A stretch of DNA of 31,288 nucleotides from IMG/VR virus record IMGVR_UViG_3300038393_000083, positions 1 to 31,288 of that record; one strand, 5' to 3'. A model generated the notes under the pieces. The model was not told the origin of the DNA and did no database searches. It saw only the letters and a list, made by a program, of their open reading frames with translations. The DNA comes from a virus. Taxonomy: Duplodnaviria; Caudoviricetes. The translations under genes were made by a program, and so were the position numbers. This document shows positions 15,788-23,082 of this stretch, piece by piece (positions within the stretch are counted from its first letter, which is position 1; each line of letters opens with the position of its first letter).

Positions 15788-16259
15788 ACAACACATACGA
15801 TATTAATTCTCCAATAGCGGTATCCTTCCGGTATTGCCTCCGCCTCTCATCATTCCGGATCTTGGCAGTAGCATCCACGAAATTGTTCTCGTGTGGCGCC
15901 CGTTTCCTTCTCGTTGGCGTCTTATAATTGCGTCCATCAGTCCCTACTTCTTCCGCCATCTTAAACGGAGCTTCGCCGCCCTCCCTCCGCTCTAACTGAC
16001 GTTCTGAGAAGAATGGATATTCCGTATTCCTCGATTTCAACCGGTCCGTGTCCGTTAATTCCTCCATCAGAATGTAATCGGTAAGTCGCTCTAGCTGTTT
16101 GCCATTCGGAGTTTCTCCGGTTCCTTCCACATAGGCATTAATCAGCGAATCAATGCGTCTCATACGCTCTTGCCGATCCGCAATCTTCTCCGCAATCAAT
16201 TCGTTAACCGCCAAGATAAACTCTGCTTTGTAATCCGTTCCTCTTCTAAACTGTCTCAT
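15786..16259 (-). CDS. Hypothetical phage protein coupled to the sigma-like regulator
   Basis: 157 aa with good RBS; overlaps the end of the upstream HTH gene. Confidence 0.75.
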   Translation of the reverse strand: MRQFRRGTDYKAEFILAVNELIAEKIADRQERMRRIDSLINAYVEGTGETPNGKQLERLTDYILMEELTDTDRLKSRNTEYPFFSERQLERREGGEAPFKMAEEVGTDGRNYKTPTRRKRAPHENNFVDATAKIRNDERRRQYRKDTAIGELISYVL

Positions 16260-16644
16260 CTAAACTCTCCTCTGCTGGTATAGTAATTTCTCCGTAATCC
16301 CAATCTGCGTAAATCTGAGCAATTCGTTCAAGTGCTCTATCAAGGGCTTCAGTTAACGTATTTCGAGCTATTCCTACGTTGGTAGCCGCTTCTGCATGAG
16401 TCAAATCCATCTCATAAACGTAATAGATAGACTCACGTTGCCTCTTCGTTAGACCTGCGCGATCAATCGCCGTCTGCAAGTCAATTAGTATATCCGAGGC
16501 GATGTAATCGCCAGCGTGGAATCTACGCTCTCGCAAGCGATGTATGTCCCGGAGTAGAGCGGATACTCCTTCCTTATCGTTCAATGCGTATTTAATTTCA
16601 TATTTGCGATGTCCTTCGTCTAAATCCACACGACATAATCCCAT
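16246..16644 (-). CDS. Sigma-70 region 4-like HTH transcriptional regulator
   Basis: LTKRQRESIYYVYEMDLTHAEAATNVGIARNTL...RALERI is a region 4-type HTH; located before the late region. Confidence 0.82.
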   Translation of the reverse strand: MGLCRVDLDEGHRKYEIKYALNDKEGVSALLRDIHRLRERRFHAGDYIASDILIDLQTAIDRAGLTKRQRESIYYVYEMDLTHAEAATNVGIARNTLTEALDRALERIAQIYADWDYGEITIPAEESLDETV

Positions 16645-16656
16645 TCAACCACTCCT

Positions 16657-16809
16657 TTATTTAAGTAATGTTAGAACTACGTAACCGATAATTGATGCCG
16701 ATACTATAACGGAGGCTACTCGAACCGCCGGCCTATTTTTGTTATCCGCTATATTCAAGAACATTCCTAAAGTCATCCAGACAATTACGTATAATCCGTA
16801 CCAAAACAT
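16657..16809 (-). CDS. Small two-TM membrane protein (50 aa)
   Basis: GGGAGG RBS; MFWYGLYVIVWMTLGMFLNIADNKNRPAVRVASVIVSASIIGYVVLTLLK*. Confidence 0.7.
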   Translation of the reverse strand: MFWYGLYVIVWMTLGMFLNIADNKNRPAVRVASVIVSASIIGYVVLTLLK

Positions 16810-16961
16810 AGACAATCCTCCCATTATTTCGTTATCTTATCGTTAGGTTATCGTCAACAACCAAGCTATAGGTCAGCGCACCAAAGAAAATCGAAGTGGT
16901 ATTCAAGGAGCCGAAGTCCAGACCGCTGAACAAGCGATTTCGGACGCTCCTCTACCGAATC

Positions 16962-16996
16962 AAGACGTGGGCCTAGCGACCTGCGTCTTTTTATTT
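16962..16996 (+). terminator. Plus-strand intrinsic terminator
   Basis: AAGACGTGGG/CCTGCGTCTT stem plus TTTTTATTT. Confidence 0.65.
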
Positions 16997-17015
16997 GTGA
17001 CTAACGCCAAGTTCC

Positions 17016-17045
17016 TTGCATGTCCGCCAGTTATCCGCATATAAT
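17016..17045 (+). promoter_or_regulatory. SigA-type promoter
   Basis: TTGCAT-18 nt-TATAAT upstream of the ORF at 17084. Confidence 0.7.
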
Positions 17046-17083
17046 GGTAAGTAATACCGTTACTTTCGAAAGGATGTCGTTAC

Positions 17084-17452
17084 ATGGCGTTCATTATCTA
17101 TAATCCCGCTGAATCCACTGCGGAAAGGTACATAACTGTCGATAAATTCGGACGCATCTATATGTCGGCTAAGCTACGTGATGACCTCGGAGCTAAAGGC
17201 ATTCCGTTTAAGGCTCACGTTGCTTACGATCCAGACGAGCAGATTATTGGAATAGCGCGACCTGGCACCGTAACAGGCACGGACAATATCGAGCCGATTA
17301 CTTTCGATGCCAAGCGCTCCTATGCGTCAGTAAGGCGCTTCCTAAACAAACACAACCTCATGCCCGGAGATTCGAAAGTGTACGTCTTTACCGAAAAGAA
17401 GAACAACTGGTATTGCTTCCGTGATAAAGCGAAGGAAACCGGCGCTAAGTAA
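17084..17452 (+). CDS. Hypothetical protein with an AbrB/MraZ-like N-terminal motif
   Basis: ITVDKFGRIYMSAKLRDDLG resembles swapped-hairpin DNA-binding domains; has its own promoter and AAAGGA RBS. Confidence 0.6.
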   Translation: MAFIIYNPAESTAERYITVDKFGRIYMSAKLRDDLGAKGIPFKAHVAYDPDEQIIGIARPGTVTGTDNIEPITFDAKRSYASVRRFLNKHNLMPGDSKVYVFTEKKNNWYCFRDKAKETGAK

Positions 17453-18011
17453 GCGCCCTTTTGCGTTTATCTAGAATATCGTTCATAACGTAATCTATTT
17501 GCTGATATAAAGCTTTAAATCCACTGTCATTATGAACCGTATAATCCGCTGGAAAAGATTCTGTAAACGACTCTGTGCTGTGGGTTAAATCCTGTAGCGA
17601 ATACTCATCTCCGAGAGCATGAATCCTCTCTAGGCGGTGTTGAATAGGGCAGTCAATATAGACAATAATGAATCCCTGCCCACGTAGCTCATCGTACTCG
17701 ATTGGAAGCCGTAGATCCGTTACCACTACGTTAAACGGTAGCTTCCACTCACGGCCATAACGATCGATACCTTCGAACATTTTCTTAATCCATATCCTCT
17801 CGTCTCGTTGACGCAATGTCTCCCCGAACCACTGCAATAACTCACGCGGTTTCTTCCCGTCTTCAGGTTCGCCAAAGATTTCGTACGCGTATCTTTTAAG
17901 TTCATCAGCAAATGCGAATCTAACAAAGCCATAATGCTCCTTTAAATACGCAGCAATAGTATCTTTGCCGCTTCTCATCGGGCCAGCAATTGCGATCTTT
18001 ATACCGTCCAA
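17445..18011 (-). CDS. Deoxynucleoside monophosphate kinase
   Basis: GPMRSGKDT P-loop, AFADELK, RELLQWFG, VVTDLR and HSTE motifs. Confidence 0.88.
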   Translation of the reverse strand: MDGIKIAIAGPMRSGKDTIAAYLKEHYGFVRFAFADELKRYAYEIFGEPEDGKKPRELLQWFGETLRQRDERIWIKKMFEGIDRYGREWKLPFNVVVTDLRLPIEYDELRGQGFIIVYIDCPIQHRLERIHALGDEYSLQDLTHSTESFTESFPADYTVHNDSGFKALYQQIDYVMNDILDKRKRALT

Positions 18012-18103
18012 TCTATCGCCTCCATTTCCCGCCCATAACCGACGCCAACCGGTACAGAGCGGGATTTATTGTTATTGCGGACATTTAACGATTGCCAATT
18101 TCG

Positions 18104-18898
18104 TTAATTCACGTACTCCTTCGGAATATCCAGACCTAACGCCCGTCTTAAAGCGATTGCCTTACCGATATGGACGTTGAAGCAGTCATCAGGAGCGCAC
18201 TTGGCTATTCCTCTTCCTCTGATTGTCTCTCCGTATAGGTAACGAATTAGAACAACGACAGTTCTCTTCTCACTATTAGTGACGGACTCAACACGGTAAA
18301 AGCAGTCATTTAACGGTGACTCTTTAGGGAGGTCTCTAGTCCTATCCGATCCTATTGCGATTAAATCTTCCACATCTCGCTTCGCCTTTTCGATAATATC
18401 TTCACGGGTTAACATTACAGTGTTGGCTTTAAATCTCTCAAGAATCGTTTTAGAAAGTTCCTGAGCTATTACTTGCGGTGGCTTGCCATACGTATTATGA
18501 ATCGTAATAGCCGGAGCTTGATTTCCTTCTAACGCTTCTACTCGCTTGCTCAACCTTACGATTTCTGCGGAGAGGCTGGCGATTAACTCTAACGTTTTAT
18601 CTCCCGTTACTAATTCGAAATCATCTTCATGTACAAATCTACCAGACGCATAATTAACAATTACCGATTTATAACCTACATGCGTTATCGTTACTTCTGT
18701 TCCAATGGGTATTTCGTGATCCACGCTATCCGCTACAATACGTACCTTATCTCCAACCTGCGCATTCCTGTTATGTTTACCTAACATGTTAGTTCGTCCT
18801 CCTTCGTATTCTGTTGGTTTTGTCGTTGGTTTACCGTCTGACATACAAGTTTCGCACCGAAAAGATCCTCTGTTATCGCATGAACTGCACCAACTCAA
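18104..18898 (-). CDS. Hypothetical phage protein with two possible in-frame starts (18898, 18787)
   Basis: TTG at 18898 and ATG at 18787 each follow GGAGG; N-terminal CxxC-x7-CxxC; C-terminal GIAKCAPDDCFNVHIGKAIALRRA. Confidence 0.7.
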   Translation of the reverse strand: MSWCSSCDNRGSFRCETCMSDGKPTTKPTEYEGGRTNMLGKHNRNAQVGDKVRIVADSVDHEIPIGTEVTITHVGYKSVIVNYASGRFVHEDDFELVTGDKTLELIASLSAEIVRLSKRVEALEGNQAPAITIHNTYGKPPQVIAQELSKTILERFKANTVMLTREDIIEKAKRDVEDLIAIGSDRTRDLPKESPLNDCFYRVESVTNSEKRTVVVLIRYLYGETIRGRGIAKCAPDDCFNVHIGKAIALRRALGLDIPKEYVN

Positions 18899-18912
18899 TA
18901 CAACCGCCTCCA

Positions 18913-19290
18913 CTAGTTTTTAATTTCGACTTGCATTCGTTTCCTTCCGAATTGCTTTACGGAGCTTCTTGACGGCATATAGATATCTAGGCGCTTGCCC
19001 TTTATATCTCCGCCTCGGTCCGTACAAGTGAACGTCCTACCCATCTCTGGAATGTAAACCTTTGTGCCGAAAGGTATCTCCGGAGGGCAGGCGACATCAC
19101 CGCTTTTAACGGTGCTGCCTGACGCTGTAATGCTGTAATCTGGATCTCCCGGGCGTTTGCCCGTATCTTCGACTGAATTGGTATATGCGGTAATTTCAAA
19201 CGTTTGTAATCCGTTAGTTTTCGCTTCCTCTTTCGGTAGCATGGCTGTTAACGTCAAGTAAACAGCAAATGATAAGCCAGCTATCGTAAT
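18913..19290 (-). CDS. 3D-domain (MltA-like) cell-wall protein with N-terminal hydrophobic anchor
   Basis: ITAY, ITASG, IPFGTKVYI, DRGGDIKGKRLDIY motifs. Start inferred at ATT 19290 behind AAGGAAGTGATC. Confidence 0.85.
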   Translation of the reverse strand: MTIAGLSFAVYLTLTAMLPKEEAKTNGLQTFEITAYTNSVEDTGKRPGDPDYSITASGSTVKSGDVACPPEIPFGTKVYIPEMGRTFTCTDRGGDIKGKRLDIYMPSRSSVKQFGRKRMQVEIKN

Positions 19291-19294
19291 AAGA

Positions 19295-19435
19295 TCACTT
19301 CCTTACTTCTTCGTTATATCGTTGGAGCCAATGGCTTGCTCTCTTTTGGAATACGTTACATTCGTCAGTCTTACGAACCAGTCTGTATAACAGCCATACG
19401 TTAACTGCGAGAGAAAACAATGTTAATCCGCTCAT
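19295..19435 (-). CDS. Small single-TM hypothetical protein (46 aa)
   Basis: TAATG overlap with the upstream gene; MSGLTLFSLAVNVWLLYRLVRKTDECNVFQKRASHWLQRYNEEVRK*. Confidence 0.65.
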   Translation of the reverse strand: MSGLTLFSLAVNVWLLYRLVRKTDECNVFQKRASHWLQRYNEEVRK

Positions 19436-20175
19436 TATCGATACCCCTTCCCAATTTGTTCAATTAACGTTCCGTAAAATCTCGGCAAATGCGGGTTTAG
19501 CGAGTTAACCATCTGACTTGCGATTGAACCTATTTGTGGCTCCGCCTCTTTACCATTCGGAGATAATTCACTTGATCTCTGGCGGCTAACGTGCCATAGT
19601 GACCGGAGATTAAACGAATGAATAGATTCTACTGCTCGATACTCACCGATTCTGCGACGTGCTGCCTGTTTCTTCGCTCCTTTTAAAGTAGCGTCAACAT
19701 ATCGCTGTAAATCGTGCGCAACATCATTTTCGATAAAGTCTCTGCGATCATCTTCCGTTACACAATCGTCAGGAAATACGATAGTCAGTCCGTGTTTGAT
19801 ATAATCGACATAGCGACCTGACTCGTAATTCTTCGAGTGTCCGACGCGATAGCGATTCATCTGTCCTTCTGTAGATCGATCGTAAATCATCTCGTATACA
19901 AATGACACTAATTCCAGCGGTTCTCCGTGCATCTGTTCAAATCCATACTTATCGACGACTCCTGGCTTACTTGGTGTTTTATAATTCTTCTCAAATGCCT
20001 TGACTAGAATGGCGTCCATTGGGTATCCGTCAAGCAAGTCGATAGCCTTAGTAATTCCGATTAGGTGTGCTTGAGGTTCAACGGAGAATATTCGAAGAAC
20101 CTTTCCTTTGTACTCCCACTCCTTCTCTAACGTTTTATTCCACTCGCGTTGCGGTAAGTTTGCTAAATCGTACAT
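19435..20175 (-). CDS. thyX: Divergent flavin-dependent thymidylate synthase (ThyX-like)
   Basis: HGEPLE, DRSTEGQMNRYRVGHSKNYESGRYV and FNLRSLWH...QR...AEPQI align with ThyX motifs; located in the dNTP cluster. Confidence 0.7.
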   Translation of the reverse strand: MYDLANLPQREWNKTLEKEWEYKGKVLRIFSVEPQAHLIGITKAIDLLDGYPMDAILVKAFEKNYKTPSKPGVVDKYGFEQMHGEPLELVSFVYEMIYDRSTEGQMNRYRVGHSKNYESGRYVDYIKHGLTIVFPDDCVTEDDRRDFIENDVAHDLQRYVDATLKGAKKQAARRRIGEYRAVESIHSFNLRSLWHVSRQRSSELSPNGKEAEPQIGSIASQMVNSLNPHLPRFYGTLIEQIGKGYR

Positions 20176-20351
20176 TACTCCTCATCCCCCTCTAGTAAGT
20201 CCGTTAAATCTCCTAAATCAACCTTCGTTTTCAATGCGATTAATCCGACAGCTAACTGCAATACCTCTATGCGCTCCTTTTGGAACTTATAGAACAAGTA
20301 AAGGGCGAACGTTGCAACGAAGGACCATGATGCAAGAAATGTCGTTATCAT
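20175..20351 (-). CDS. Small membrane-anchored hypothetical protein (58 aa)
   Basis: AAGGAGG RBS and ATGA overlap; MITTFLASWSFVATFALYLFYKF...LLEGDEE*. Confidence 0.7.
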   Translation of the reverse strand: MITTFLASWSFVATFALYLFYKFQKERIEVLQLAVGLIALKTKVDLGDLTDLLEGDEE

Positions 20352-20512
20352 TTGCGGCCCTCCTTTTTCGTAACTCCGATTAGAAACGAAGCGAAAATAA
20401 GTACCGCTGCGAACATGAACGTATAGACTTTTTCACTAGTCATTACGGAAGCGATAAAGAATAAACTCGAAAATCCCGCCACTAAACCGAGTAAAAAAGA
20501 TGGTAAATTCAT
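20348..20512 (-). CDS. Small two-TM membrane protein (54 aa)
   Basis: GGAGG RBS; MNLPSFLLGLVAGFSSLFFIASVMTSEKVYTFMFAAVLIFASFLIGVTKKEGRK*. Confidence 0.7.
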   Translation of the reverse strand: MNLPSFLLGLVAGFSSLFFIASVMTSEKVYTFMFAAVLIFASFLIGVTKKEGRK

Positions 20513-21148
20513 TTATTTCGCCTCCGTTCCAGTGTGGCCAAAACCGCCTTCGCCTCGATCCGTCTCGTCCAGTACGTCAACTACTTCGAAAGAGGCTTGC
20601 GGTACGACTGCGAGTACTCCTTGCGCGATTCTATCGCCGTGATTTACGATAAACTCCCGATCTCCGTGGTTAACGATCAAAACCATAATTTCGCCTCTGA
20701 AATCACAGTCAATTGTGCCTGGAGCGTTAAGCACCGTGATACCTCCCTTTACTGCGCTACCGCTGCGAGGGCGAATCTGCACCTCATGTCCTTTCGGAAT
20801 CGCCATCCGTATTCCAGTACCGATTAATTTACGTTGTCCCGGATAAACGACTATCGGGTGATGATCCTCGACAATCGATAAATGAGCGTCATTCAATCGG
20901 TTTGCTAATCTGCTAAGCGGAATATAAGCGTGTAAATCGAATCCAGCAGCGCCGGACGTTTGATAATCCGGCACGATGGAATCAGGGTAAACTTTCGCTA
21001 GTTTAACGGGAACTTTCGGGAATAATTCTGTGTTATCGTGATATACCATCCGATCATCCTCCTCTGCTAATTTGCTAAATACTTTCTCATATCGAGTCAT
21101 TATTTTCTTCGCAACTAGATGTGCTTTATCGTCACTCATGGCGTCCAC
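20513..21148 (-). CDS. dut: Trimeric dUTPase
   Basis: All five motifs: AAGFDL, RPRSG, GTIDCDFRGEI, GDRIAQ, RGEGGFGHTG. A second strong start exists at 21049. Confidence 0.96.
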   Translation of the reverse strand: MDAMSDDKAHLVAKKIMTRYEKVFSKLAEEDDRMVYHDNTELFPKVPVKLAKVYPDSIVPDYQTSGAAGFDLHAYIPLSRLANRLNDAHLSIVEDHHPIVVYPGQRKLIGTGIRMAIPKGHEVQIRPRSGSAVKGGITVLNAPGTIDCDFRGEIMVLIVNHGDREFIVNHGDRIAQGVLAVVPQASFEVVDVLDETDRGEGGFGHTGTEAK

Positions 21149-21320
21149 GATTAGCGAGTCTTTTGATTAAATCGAATAGTTTACCATATGCACACCATAT
21201 TGATGCAGCGATGTAGCATTCAGCGCTTGTTCCCCCAATTAGGTATGTCACGAACCACGCCAATACTCCAAGAAGAATATTTGAAATAAACGATGTAATT
21301 CCTTCCTTACGTAACACCAT
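21132..21320 (-). CDS. Small membrane protein
   Basis: 62 aa with two hydrophobic stretches; TAATG-coupled to phoH. Confidence 0.65.
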   Translation of the reverse strand: MVLRKEGITSFISNILLGVLAWFVTYLIGGTSAECYIAASIWCAYGKLFDLIKRLANRGRHE

Positions 21321-22018
21321 TAAGCGGTTCCTCGCTCTCTGTTTATCGTCTCATCGATTGTGTCTGCTACATCCGCGAACCAACCGCGATAACCTTTTAA
21401 TAACGTACAACTTTGTACTTTTGGCGTGTACTCTGCGAAGTGTTCGATATACCACTCGAAAGGCGTCTTACCTTTGATGATGTTCTTGGCGTTATCGTTT
21501 TGCGCTAGTGATCCCGTAAGAACCACTTTAGAGCCTTGTTTAATACGAGTTAGAATTGTCTGTAGCTCGATTTTTTCGAGATTCTGAACTTCGTCCACTA
21601 TGATGAAGGAGTTATCGTAGTTTACTCCGCGCTCATAGGTCGGCGTAGTCATTACGAGCTTGTTAAAGCGAATCCAGTTATCAGCGCCAATCTTACATGC
21701 TTCTAACACTTCGAGAATCGGCTTCATGTACGGAGCCTGCTTATTGGCGAGCGATCCTTCGAGATACCCTAGTTCTCTACCGCCTACAACGTGCGATGAG
21801 CGAATGTAAATCAACCGGTCGTAATCACCTTTCTCTACTTGATAAACGCCTGCGAAGGCTGCGAGCGATGTCTTACCTGTACCTGCCCGCCCTTGACAGA
21901 AGATTGCTTCCACTTTTTCGTTGAATAACGCCTGAGCGTAATCGTATTGATGAGGGTCTTTATACTTATCTAACGTGATTCCTTTTTCAGATAACCACTT
22001 TCCGCGAATGTCGTTCAA
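21320..22018 (-). CDS. phoH: PhoH-family ATPase
   Basis: GRAGTGKT, ELGYLEG, RGVNYDNSFIIVDEVQN, ILTRI and GSLAQND motifs. Confidence 0.9.
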   Translation of the reverse strand: MNDIRGKWLSEKGITLDKYKDPHQYDYAQALFNEKVEAIFCQGRAGTGKTSLAAFAGVYQVEKGDYDRLIYIRSSHVVGGRELGYLEGSLANKQAPYMKPILEVLEACKIGADNWIRFNKLVMTTPTYERGVNYDNSFIIVDEVQNLEKIELQTILTRIKQGSKVVLTGSLAQNDNAKNIIKGKTPFEWYIEHFAEYTPKVQSCTLLKGYRGWFADVADTIDETINRERGTA

Positions 22019-22033
22019 TATGACCCCTCCGTT

Positions 22034-23071
22034 TTATAGATCATCTTTTACTGCTGCAGCTTTCGTATATGCTCTCGGCTTGCCTTCGAAGAAATCTGTT
22101 TTGATTCCGTTTATATTCGCAAACTTAGCGATCCAAGGAAGCGGGTCTTTATCTATTTCCGGAAATAGCGGAGACATGTCTAGCATTTTTAAACGTTCAT
22201 TCGCTAGATGCTTGATGTACATTTCGATAAGGTTGCTGTTTAATCCGTCAATCTTATCGCCAACTACGTACTTTCCCCATTCGATTTCGGTTTCTACCGC
22301 TGTAGCCATCATCTGGCGAAGTTCCTCGATTCTTTCTTGTGTAAATAGATACGGATTCTCTGCTCGCATTTCGTTTAAAATATTGCGGAATAAAACAACG
22401 TGCGTTAACTCATCACGATTGATATAAGATATTTCTTGCACGGTTCCGTTCATTTTACCTAATCTACCTAATGCGTAAACGAACGCAAAGCCGCTATAAA
22501 AATAGATTCCTTCCAGAATGAAATTGGCCATGCAGGTCTTGACCAGCCCGAAATCCGTTGGATTTTTTATAAAGTCGTTGTATAATCCGCCTATGAAACT
22601 AACACGTTTCAGAAGTAACTGATCATCCTTCCACTGATACAGAATGCTTTGCTGCTCCGTTGGGTTGCAGATACTATCGAGAATATAACTGTAACTCTGC
22701 GAGTGTATCGCTTCGTCTGCGGTCTGAAGCGTCAGGCACAAGTTGACTTCCGGTGACGTGATATAGTCGTTAATATTCGGTAGGTTTGCCGTCTGAATCG
22801 AGTCAAGAAAGATAAGGAACGAGAGAATTTTATTCAAACTCTCTCGGTATTCAGTTGGAAGGTTGCGGTAATCGGTGACATCCTGGCTCATCGGTATTTC
22901 TTCGGGAATCCAGAAGTTGTTCATACTGGCCCGATACCATTTCGAAGCCCACTCGTACTTCGGACGGTTGAACTCTTGAAGATTCGTCGGATTACCTCCG
23001 ATAATTCGTTTTGCCGCAATGTCTGTATCTCCATTTGGATTAAATAGTGGTCTAGTCTGAATCTGTATCAT
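22034..23071 (-). CDS. nrdB: Class I ribonucleotide reductase beta subunit
   Basis: NFWIPEEI, LDSIQ, DEAIHSQSY (radical Tyr), LEGIYFYSGF, RDELTH and TDFFE motifs. Confidence 0.96.
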   Translation of the reverse strand: MIQIQTRPLFNPNGDTDIAAKRIIGGNPTNLQEFNRPKYEWASKWYRASMNNFWIPEEIPMSQDVTDYRNLPTEYRESLNKILSFLIFLDSIQTANLPNINDYITSPEVNLCLTLQTADEAIHSQSYSYILDSICNPTEQQSILYQWKDDQLLLKRVSFIGGLYNDFIKNPTDFGLVKTCMANFILEGIYFYSGFAFVYALGRLGKMNGTVQEISYINRDELTHVVLFRNILNEMRAENPYLFTQERIEELRQMMATAVETEIEWGKYVVGDKIDGLNSNLIEMYIKHLANERLKMLDMSPLFPEIDKDPLPWIAKFANINGIKTDFFEGKPRAYTKAAAVKDDL

Positions 23072-23082
23072 TTTTTACCTCC

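Noticed and set aside
15521-15796. Minus-strand 91-aa ORF
   Set aside because: Antisense to the better-supported 51-aa plus-strand gene and crosses the terminator.
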